Shown here: positions 20,794 to 28,927 of the stretch, in pieces
Position numbering within the stretch: position 1 is the first letter of the stretch
Layout of the letters: each line of letters begins with the position of its first letter
NCBI GenBank assembly: GCA_965243025.1
Contig: CBDETY010000003.1
Span: forward strand, 6,112,001-6,176,000
Direction: 5' to 3'
Origin: Candidatus Latescibacterota bacterium
GTDB taxonomy: Bacteria; Latescibacterota; UBA2968; UBA8231
DNA length: 64,000 nt
Notes under the pieces: model-generated
Told to the model about the DNA's origin: nothing
The model's input: only the letters and a program-made list of their open reading frames with translations
Databases searched by the model: none
Translations under genes and position numbers: made by a program

Positions 20794-22761
20794 CTAGAAA
20801 TCCATCGCTATTTGATTGCCCGTCATCCCGGTGAAATAGTCCACTATGAGCCAGAATCCCCCGGCGACGAACTGGCCCAGGATCAACCCGTAGAAAAGGG
20901 GGATGAGCGAGCGGTACCCTCTGAGGCCGCCATACTTCAGAAGGACCGACTTGATCGACCACGCCACGAAGACCGGAAACCAGGCCGTGTCCATAACCCT
21001 GTCCATGCTGACCACGAAACCGAGAGGATGCAACGGCCACCACAGAAAGCGGCGCTGCAGGATCAGCAGGCCAGCCATCACTCCCCCTCCGGTCAGCCGG
21101 ATGAGCCAGCCCAGCCCGTTCGGTCCCGCGTTCTCGTCGATCCTGCGCCCCACGTACTCCCAGGTGTACTGGGGCAGATAGCGCGAGGGACCATCCACAT
21201 TGATGCTCCCCTCCCGGTAGGCTATCGACATCGACATCCAGAACGTGCTGACCGCGGAAACCCCGATGGCGATGGCGATCGCCAGCAGCAACCAGCGCTT
21301 GCGATGCGCGATCTCCCCGGTCAGCTTCAGTCCCGTGGCGGTATGCGCCATCATCGTGCTCGCCAGGGATTCCGTCCAGATCACCGTCGGACCCAGCGCC
21401 GCTATCCCGGCAGGCCCTATGAACCGCGCCCCGATCCCGGAGATCACGAAGTCCAGGGGGATATTGCGGGGAAACACCATCGGCAATCCCGCCTCGGCGA
21501 TGATGCGCGTCAGGCTGATGAAGGTCACGAGCGCCCCGAACAGGAACAGCGGCCCCACCCACAGGGGGAGGCCCGCCCGCCACAGCCAAACGCACATCCA
21601 GGCCACTCCGAGGATCACCCCCCAGACGGCGGTGCGGTAGGACATGATCTCGTCGGAATCGTCCACCGACGGGTCCCCCCTGAACGCCTTGCGGAACACC
21701 TCCCGCAGGTGCCCCCGGGCGATCCAGAGCCCGAAGAGCACCAGGGAGATCATCGCACCTATGCTCTGATGCGCCAGCAACCCGGTTACGCCGCCGCCGC
21801 CGCCATAGTTGGAAAGGGATTCCCCGATGCCCTGCCCCGTGAAGGTCAGCACACCCTCCTCCAGGCGCCGCAGCAGAGTGAATACCCACATCCCCAACAT
21901 CACGTCCGGTTTGAGGAAATACGCAAACCCCAGGATCATCAGGTTCAGCGAGAAGCCCGCACTCGCGGCGCCCCGCAACAGGGTCACGTGCCCGAGGTGT
22001 CTCGGAACCACGGGAACGAAGGGGTAGTAATGGTTCAGGGCATTCAGGCTCTCGCGGCCGAACGTCAGCAGCAGTCCCACCCACATCAGGGGGCTCCTGA
22101 AGAAAGGCGCCACCAGCGAACCGCCGGATGGCGGCTCTGCCATCGCCAGGGGGACCTTGGTGATCGGGTAGATCAGATGTTCGTGCTCGACCCACTGGCG
22201 GCGGAGAATCACCATCGTGCAAATGCTCGTCATCCACAACGCGGTCATGAACACGAACCACCAGAACAGCGGCGGCAACCAGACACCCCAGGGAATGGAC
22301 TCGCCAGCCGGCAGCCCTTCGAAGAACCAACGGATACCCGTCTCGTCGCGAGGGACCATCCAGTCCGCCACGTAGGGATGGACCCGATCCGCCCAGCCGT
22401 TCTCCGGCGTCGCCAGGTAAGACACCCCGGCAGCGGACCCCAGCAGCATGAAGCAGAATCCGTTGCGCTCTCCCCCCGAGAAAGCCGTGGCGACGACCAT
22501 CATGATGTAAATGGTCAACAGCTCCCCCTTGCCCAGGACCAGCCTGCGGTGAATGACCCCCAACAGTACCTGGACAACGCCCACCCACAGGAAGAACAGG
22601 AAGAAGGCGGCAGGGCCGTTCAACGAGCTCAGATGGCTGCCCATGACGACACGCGCGCCGTAGGGCTCGCCCACACCGATCAACAGACTCAGCCCCGCGC
22701 CGATGACCAGCGAGCGCGGCGTCACCCCCGGCGCCGACCGCTTCTGTGTTCCCCCTGACAA
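20794..22761 (-). CDS. DUF6785/DUF6784 membrane transporter-like protein, copy 2
   Basis: Same length (655 aa) as 9984..11951, with long identical blocks. TTG start after GGAG. Confidence 0.8.
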   Translation of the reverse strand: MSGGTQKRSAPGVTPRSLVIGAGLSLLIGVGEPYGARVVMGSHLSSLNGPAAFFLFFLWVGVVQVLLGVIHRRLVLGKGELLTIYIMMVVATAFSGGERNGFCFMLLGSAAGVSYLATPENGWADRVHPYVADWMVPRDETGIRWFFEGLPAGESIPWGVWLPPLFWWFVFMTALWMTSICTMVILRRQWVEHEHLIYPITKVPLAMAEPPSGGSLVAPFFRSPLMWVGLLLTFGRESLNALNHYYPFVPVVPRHLGHVTLLRGAASAGFSLNLMILGFAYFLKPDVMLGMWVFTLLRRLEEGVLTFTGQGIGESLSNYGGGGGVTGLLAHQSIGAMISLVLFGLWIARGHLREVFRKAFRGDPSVDDSDEIMSYRTAVWGVILGVAWMCVWLWRAGLPLWVGPLFLFGALVTFISLTRIIAEAGLPMVFPRNIPLDFVISGIGARFIGPAGIAALGPTVIWTESLASTMMAHTATGLKLTGEIAHRKRWLLLAIAIAIGVSAVSTFWMSMSIAYREGSINVDGPSRYLPQYTWEYVGRRIDENAGPNGLGWLIRLTGGGVMAGLLILQRRFLWWPLHPLGFVVSMDRVMDTAWFPVFVAWSIKSVLLKYGGLRGYRSLIPLFYGLILGQFVAGGFWLIVDYFTGMTGNQIAMDF

Positions 22762-22949
22762 ACTCAGTGGTCTCCTCCCCGACCTCGAGCGCGGCTCATC
22801 AACAGGCTGTCAGCCGGCAGGTGCAACAGGCTGGCTGGCGGCGCTTTTGTCCATCAGAAGCTGTGGTTCGGGCTGTCAAATCTGTGTACCATTTCTTCCG
22901 CCTGCGAGGTCGTCCGATTCTTCAGGCATTGAGGAAAGAACCCGGAGCG

Positions 22950-24353
22950 ATGGACGAGCGACGTATGAGGAGCCCGCCGGTGGAGCGCTGGGCGCTCTGC
23001 TGGCTCCTGGCGTGCTGCAGTTGCGGGGATCAGCCCGCGCTTCCGGAGCTCGCGATTCCCCGGAATCTCGATGCCGAGATCCGTTCCCTGGTGGATGATC
23101 ACCTCGAGAGGGTGCGAGCCGACCCATCCGATGCGGAGCGGTTGGGGCAACTCGGCCTGGTTTTCGAGGCGAACGCCCTCTGGCAACAGGCCCGTCAGTG
23201 TTTCGAAGCGGCGGCGCTGCTCGCCCCCCGGGAACCCGTCTGGGCGTACCATGCCGCCCGCGCCACGCAGAAGAAAGGCGATTTCGACGGGGCCGCAGCG
23301 GCCATGCATGCGGTGGTGAAGAGATTTCCGGGCTTCGCTCCCGCCCAGCACCATCTCGGGGACCTGCTGATCGAGTCCGGCGACATCGATGGGGCGGATG
23401 CGGCGTTCCGGCGCGCCGCAGCGCTGCGGGGGAAGTCCCCGGAGGGTCACGTCGGTCTCGGCCGCGTCGCTCTCGAGCGTCGCGACTATGCCGCCGCCAT
23501 CACGGCTCTGGAGCACGCCCTCTCCCTCCAACCGGACCATAAAATGGCGGCGTTTCTCGTCGGGCGCGCCTACCGGCGCGTCGGCCGCACCGAGGATGCC
23601 GACCGCGCCCAGGCCCGGGGCGAGAATGCGGAGAAGTCCTACATACCCGACCGCACGAGCAGCGACCTGAAACGCTACTCCCGCGGCTACAGCACGCGGC
23701 TCGATAACGCGGTGGGACTCCTCCGCGCCGGCAAACCCGCGGACGCCATCGCCGTCCTGGAGAGGATGTACCGGGAGCGGCCGCAGGACCTGATGGTCAT
23801 GAACAACCTCGCGGTGGCCTACCGCCGGGTTAACCGCGCTCGAGAGGCCCTCGCCATCCTCGATGCGGGCCTCGAGTTTCACCCGGGAGCGTTCGGGATT
23901 TACATCAACAAGGCGGATTGCCTCTCCTCGCTGAAGCTGTATCCGCAGGCACTCGCAGCCGCGGACGCCGCCATCGACAGGGCGCCCCAGGTCGCGCAAG
24001 CTCACTTCGAGCGCGGCAAGGCGCTCCTGTTCATGGGAGAGTCCGCCCAGGCGCGCGCGTCTCTGGAAACCGCCATCGGTCTCGACAACAGCCGCCCCGG
24101 TTTCCACCAGTTTCTCGCCCAGGCGTGCCTCCGGCTCGAGGACCGCACCGGGGCTCGAGCCGCACTCGAAGAGCTTCTCCGGCTCACTCCGCAAAATTAC
24201 ACCGTCCCCATCAACGTCAGCCTCGGGACTCTCTGCGTGGATCTCGAGGACTGGACGTGTGCGAAGCGGGCCCTCGAGGCGGCGCGCAAACTCATGCCGA
24301 ATCACAGAGCCGTGAAGCAACTCGGGCAGTACTACCGGCAGCGGAAACCGTGA
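22950..24353 (+). CDS. TPR-repeat (lipo)protein
   Basis: GGAG before ATG 22950, hydrophobic stretch with Cys (LLACCSC), consecutive TPR units. Stop overlaps the next start (TGATG). Confidence 0.85.
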   Translation: MDERRMRSPPVERWALCWLLACCSCGDQPALPELAIPRNLDAEIRSLVDDHLERVRADPSDAERLGQLGLVFEANALWQQARQCFEAAALLAPREPVWAYHAARATQKKGDFDGAAAAMHAVVKRFPGFAPAQHHLGDLLIESGDIDGADAAFRRAAALRGKSPEGHVGLGRVALERRDYAAAITALEHALSLQPDHKMAAFLVGRAYRRVGRTEDADRAQARGENAEKSYIPDRTSSDLKRYSRGYSTRLDNAVGLLRAGKPADAIAVLERMYRERPQDLMVMNNLAVAYRRVNRAREALAILDAGLEFHPGAFGIYINKADCLSSLKLYPQALAAADAAIDRAPQVAQAHFERGKALLFMGESAQARASLETAIGLDNSRPGFHQFLAQACLRLEDRTGARAALEELLRLTPQNYTVPINVSLGTLCVDLEDWTCAKRALEAARKLMPNHRAVKQLGQYYRQRKP

Positions 24354-26032
24354 TGCGGGCGCGGAGAGTGTCCGCCGCCGCCGTTCTGTTCGTCGCCAGC
24401 CTCGGCTGTGAGGAGCCGACGCCGACCACCACGGGCACGAACGGGACCCCCGGGCCCGGCGGATCTCCGTGGTTCGAGGACCGGACCGCGGGGTCGGGAA
24501 TCGATTTCCTCCACACGTCCGGCAAGAAGCGGTTCTGGTACCCGGAGATCTTCGCCGGCGGCGTTCTCCTCCTCGATTACGACGGGGACGGGCTCCTCGA
24601 CGTCTACCTGGTGCAGGGCGGCGAGATCGCCGCGGAGGGAGGAGATTCGCCGGGGAACCGCCTGTACCGGAACCTCGGGGACTTTCGCTTCCAGGATGTA
24701 ACCGGGAGCGCCGGGGTCGGAGACAGGGGCTATGGCATGGGCGGCACCGTGGCGGACTACGACGGCGACGGAGACACCGACATCTACGTCACCAACCTCG
24801 GGGCGAACGTCCTCTACCGCAACGAGGGCAACGGCCGGTTCACGGACGTCACCGCCGCCGCCGGAGTCGGCGATGTGAACTGGAGCGCGAGCAGCGTCTT
24901 CTTCGACGCCGACCGCGACGGAGACCTGGACCTCTACGTAGCGGACTATCTGCGCTGGTCGATCGCTACCGACGTCGAGTGTTTCTCCGGATCGGGGCGG
25001 CGGGTCTACTGCAACCCGAACAACTTCCAGGCGTCGCAGCCTGACGTGCTCTACCGCAACGACGGCGGCGGGCGCTTCACCGACATCAGCGCCGAGGCCG
25101 GCATCCACGAGGCGCGCGGCAACGGACTCGGCGTCGTCGCCGGGGATTTCGGGGGCGACGACCGCATCGATCTCTACGTCGCCAACGACGGCATGGCCAA
25201 CCAGCTGTGGATCAACCAGGGCGGTCTGAAGTTCGTCGACGAGGGACTCTCCTCGGGAACGGCATTCAACGCCGTCGGCGAGGCGGAGGCCGGTATGGGT
25301 ATCGCCGCCACGGATGTCGACAGCGACGGGGATCTCGACCTGTTCGTCTCACACCTGAGGGAAGAAACCAACACCTTCTATCTCCGGGATACCGGCCGCT
25401 TTTTCGAGGATATAACGAATCGCACCGGGCTCGGCTCGACGAGCTACGAGTTCACCGGGTTCGGGCTCGGCATCATCGACTTCGACCACGACGGCCTCCT
25501 CGACATCTACGTGGCGAACGGCCGGGTCAACTACTGGGATCCGACCAACGACCCCGAGGACATCTACGCGGAATCGAATCAACTCTTCCGCGGAGTCGGT
25601 GTTCTCAGATTCGAGGAAGTCGTTCCCCGGGGAGGCACCGCCGCACCGATCGTCGAGACCAGCCGCGCCGCTGCTTTCGGAGACCTCGACAACGACGGCG
25701 CCGTCGACATCGTCGTCGGCAACCGCGATGCGAAAGCCACGGTTTTGCGCAACACCGCCGGTTCAGGGGGACATTGGGTGCAGTTCGCCGTCCGCGACCG
25801 CGATGGGCGGTATGCCCTGCACGCCCGGTTGCGCATCGATGCCGGCGGCGTGTCGCGCTGGCGGCGCGTGGAGCGGGGGTACAGCTACTGCGCCAGCAAC
25901 GACCCCCGCGTCCACTGCGGGTTGGGACCGGCGGCTGCGGTAGACGCTGTCACGGTGTACTGGAACGACGGGGCGACGAGCGAATTCGGACCCTTCGAAG
26001 TCGATCGGGTTCACGTGCTGCAGCGAAAATAG
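24353..26032 (+). CDS. CRTAC1-family FG-GAP/ASPIC-UnbV lipoprotein
   Basis: Lipobox SLGC, DYDGDG.LD repeats, AEAGMG, C-terminal S.ND.RVH.GLG...V.V.W. Confidence 0.9.
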   Translation: MRARRVSAAAVLFVASLGCEEPTPTTTGTNGTPGPGGSPWFEDRTAGSGIDFLHTSGKKRFWYPEIFAGGVLLLDYDGDGLLDVYLVQGGEIAAEGGDSPGNRLYRNLGDFRFQDVTGSAGVGDRGYGMGGTVADYDGDGDTDIYVTNLGANVLYRNEGNGRFTDVTAAAGVGDVNWSASSVFFDADRDGDLDLYVADYLRWSIATDVECFSGSGRRVYCNPNNFQASQPDVLYRNDGGGRFTDISAEAGIHEARGNGLGVVAGDFGGDDRIDLYVANDGMANQLWINQGGLKFVDEGLSSGTAFNAVGEAEAGMGIAATDVDSDGDLDLFVSHLREETNTFYLRDTGRFFEDITNRTGLGSTSYEFTGFGLGIIDFDHDGLLDIYVANGRVNYWDPTNDPEDIYAESNQLFRGVGVLRFEEVVPRGGTAAPIVETSRAAAFGDLDNDGAVDIVVGNRDAKATVLRNTAGSGGHWVQFAVRDRDGRYALHARLRIDAGGVSRWRRVERGYSYCASNDPRVHCGLGPAAAVDAVTVYWNDGATSEFGPFEVDRVHVLQRK

Positions 26033-26037
26033 GGTTC

Positions 26038-26243
26038 TGTCCCATCGACATCCGCAATTCTCCCGCCGATCCACTTGAGGGGAAGGATCGCGGTTTAATG
26101 GAATTCTCATCCGGTGCGATTTTTTCGCTCAATCCCGGCTAAGGGCGTTGTCTTCGCTCTCGCCGTACACCGTCGGTACGACTCGCTCAGGCGCCTTGTG
26201 AGCCGGGCGCCTCGGCATCCCAATTTTGTCAATCTATCTCTGC
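26038..26243. mobile_element. MITE-like element, copy 2 (inverted, degenerate ends)
   Basis: 26064-26243 is the reverse complement of the core of 20575-20793 with scattered substitutions. Followed by CTAG (26244-47). TGTCCC remnant at 26038. Confidence 0.75.
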
Positions 26244-26277
26244 CTAGTACCTCACGGCACAGGTATTCCAGACATTC

Positions 26278-28875
26278 ATGGTATATCTGATTTTTTTCAT
26301 TTCCGGTATAAGCGGCCTCATCTACCAGGTCATATGGATCCGGCAGTTTGGACTGGTTTTTGGAAATACCATCTACTCGTCCTCGATCGTTATCGGCGTT
26401 TTCATGCTGGGCCTCGGGCTCGGGAGCTGGGTCATCGGTTCCTTTTCCGACGGCAAGTACCGCCGGAGTCCCGCAACAGCATTGAAGCTTTACGCGGTTT
26501 CCGAGGTTTTGATAGCAGCTCTGGGCCTTGGCATAGCATTTTTGCTGGTCCACCTGGAAGGCATATCGAGCGCAATCACATCCTATCGCACCGGGGAACA
26601 CGGTTGGCACTACATCACTTTCTCATCCTACCTGGTAAGGTATGTCATCGCCGTCTTCACCATTTTTCCGATTACCTTCCTTATGGGAGGAACCCTGACC
26701 CTTCTGATCCGCTACCTGGTGAGGGCCAATCTTTCCAGCGCCGGGTGGCGCATCGGCCTGCTTTATGGATTGAATACAGCCGGTGCAGCCCTGGGCTGCA
26801 TCCTGGTCGATTTCTTTGCCATCCCCAACTTCGGCCTGTTTCAGGCCCAGGTCATGGCGGTCCTGCTCAATCTGCTCGCGGCTGTCGGCGCCTTTCGGAT
26901 ATTGAACACCGAAGGACGCAAGCCCCGCTTGGATCCAACCCCCGTTGCTCAGGACAACCACACAGCCCGGGATGTCCACAATCGGCGGTTCGGACTTGTC
27001 ATTCTGGCGATTGCCCTGTCCGGCTTTGCGGCAATGGGAATGGAAATCGCATGGATTCGCTTCCTGACCAGCGCTGTCGGGCACCTGCGCTCCGTGTATT
27101 CAATTCTGCTGATGGCGATACTGGTCGGAATATGGATCGGATCTGTGGGCGGAGGGTATCTTGCACGATTCTTCAGGCGGCCCGCCGATCTGTACATACT
27201 TTCACAGCTGTTGTTTGCAATAACCTGCCTGACTGCTTTTCTGGTTTTCAACGAACATGGCCTGTACACGTTCGACAAACCCCCCAACCCTCTGGAGCTG
27301 AGTGCTTTTTCAGGTACACTCCTCAATATCTGGGTTATACTGCACCCGACCCTGGTTTTGATATTCGTCCCATCGGTTTTGATGGGATTCGCGTTTCCCC
27401 TCGCCAACGCCATCGTTCAGACGAGTGAGCACACGGTCGGCAGAAGAGCGGGAATCCTCTATCTGGCCAACACCCTCGGTGCGCTGGGAGGAAGCCTGCT
27501 GTGCGGTTTTGTTCTTTTGCCTCTCCTGGGACTGAAATGGAGCATCGCAACACTCCTGACGGTTGCTCTTCTGGCCACGATCCCTCTTCTCCTGCTCTCC
27601 AGATTTCAGGCAAGGACGACAGAGAACGGAAGCAGGCTTCACAAGCCCGTCTTCGCCGTTGTTTCCCTGGTGCTGCTCGCCGGGCTGACACAATGGTTTC
27701 TGCTGCCTGCGAACGAACTTCTGCACACAGGCTCCTGGACCAGGAAAGGCAAATCGATTTTTCAGGGTTCCCGCGTCGTTGAAACCAGCGAAGGAATCCT
27801 CGAAACGATCGTCATACTGGAGTTGCCCGAAAATGAAAAAACATTGATAACCAACGGACACCGGATGTCCAGCACCTTCTGGCAGGCCCAGCGTTACATG
27901 AGGGCTTTTTCGCATATTCCGCTGCTTCACCTGAGCGACCCCACGGACGCTCTGGTGATCTGCTTCGGCGCCGGCAACACGGCCCATGCGGCGGCCCTGC
28001 ATCCTTCGTTGACCGACATAGAGGTGGTCGATCTGTCCGGGCATATTCTCGAACACGCAGGCTATTTCAGAGAAGCCAATCGAGATGTCCTCGGAGATCC
28101 CCGGGTTTCGGTGTTCGTCAACGACGGGCGGCAGCATTTGAGGATGCAAAAGAACGACCGGTACGACCTGGTCACCCTGGAACCCCCGCCAATCAAGCAG
28201 GCAGGCATTGCCTCCCTGTACTCCCGGGACTTTTACGAGCTGGTCAGAAGCCGCCTGAAATCCGGGGGATTCCTGACGCAGTGGCTGCCGCTGACGCAAC
28301 AGCCCGCGCCGATCGTCAAATCGATGATCCGCTCTTTCATCGATGTGTTTCCCAATACCATAATGCTTTCGGGTGCCAGGACAGAGTGCATTCTGGTCGG
28401 GCGGAAAGACGCGGAAATTGTCCTCGATCCCGTTTCGGCAGAGAGGAAATTGATTCAAAGCTCCCAGTTGCAGGAAGACCTTGTGAGAATACGGATCAAT
28501 TCTCTTGTCGACGTCGCCGGCATGTTCCTGTCCGACTACCGGACCCTGTCGAGTGCGGTCAAAGACCACGAGCCGGTTACCGATGATTTTCCGATCATGG
28601 AATACGGCATGATCTTTTTTCATGACCCAACCCCTGCAATCGACCTGATGAATCCCGCGAGAGCCCGATCGTGGTGCCCAGACTGCTACGAAAACGGAAA
28701 TCCCGCCCCGGAGTTCGGGGACCTCGATTTCTATCTGCGTCTGATACAGACTGTATTCACGGAAAAAGCCAAAGGCCCGGAAGCACCGGGTTCGAGGCTG
28801 CGAATTGACGATCCGAACCTTATCAGAACCATCGAACGCCACCCGTTTCTGAAATCCCTATTTTCAAAGGCATAA
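26278..28875 (+). CDS. Fused MFS-like membrane domain/spermidine synthase-like SAM-binding protein
   Basis: FFISGISGLIYQVIW.R...FG, LYGLNTAGA, then LVICFGAGNT, NDGRQHL, YDLVTLEPPP, GG...QW. Confidence 0.88.
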   Translation: MVYLIFFISGISGLIYQVIWIRQFGLVFGNTIYSSSIVIGVFMLGLGLGSWVIGSFSDGKYRRSPATALKLYAVSEVLIAALGLGIAFLLVHLEGISSAITSYRTGEHGWHYITFSSYLVRYVIAVFTIFPITFLMGGTLTLLIRYLVRANLSSAGWRIGLLYGLNTAGAALGCILVDFFAIPNFGLFQAQVMAVLLNLLAAVGAFRILNTEGRKPRLDPTPVAQDNHTARDVHNRRFGLVILAIALSGFAAMGMEIAWIRFLTSAVGHLRSVYSILLMAILVGIWIGSVGGGYLARFFRRPADLYILSQLLFAITCLTAFLVFNEHGLYTFDKPPNPLELSAFSGTLLNIWVILHPTLVLIFVPSVLMGFAFPLANAIVQTSEHTVGRRAGILYLANTLGALGGSLLCGFVLLPLLGLKWSIATLLTVALLATIPLLLLSRFQARTTENGSRLHKPVFAVVSLVLLAGLTQWFLLPANELLHTGSWTRKGKSIFQGSRVVETSEGILETIVILELPENEKTLITNGHRMSSTFWQAQRYMRAFSHIPLLHLSDPTDALVICFGAGNTAHAAALHPSLTDIEVVDLSGHILEHAGYFREANRDVLGDPRVSVFVNDGRQHLRMQKNDRYDLVTLEPPPIKQAGIASLYSRDFYELVRSRLKSGGFLTQWLPLTQQPAPIVKSMIRSFIDVFPNTIMLSGARTECILVGRKDAEIVLDPVSAERKLIQSSQLQEDLVRIRINSLVDVAGMFLSDYRTLSSAVKDHEPVTDDFPIMEYGMIFFHDPTPAIDLMNPARARSWCPDCYENGNPAPEFGDLDFYLRLIQTVFTEKAKGPEAPGSRLRIDDPNLIRTIERHPFLKSLFSKA

Positions 28876-28927
28876 ACTCGCTCTTTGTCCCGATCCCCGA
28901 TGCATCCCCGCGGTCGGCAGTGAAGGC

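Noticed and set aside
26107-26610. Small ORFs overlapping the MITE copies as a transposase
   Set aside because: No DDE or HUH motifs; the shared peptide RDRLTKLGCRGARLTRRLSESY only reflects the repeated non-coding DNA.
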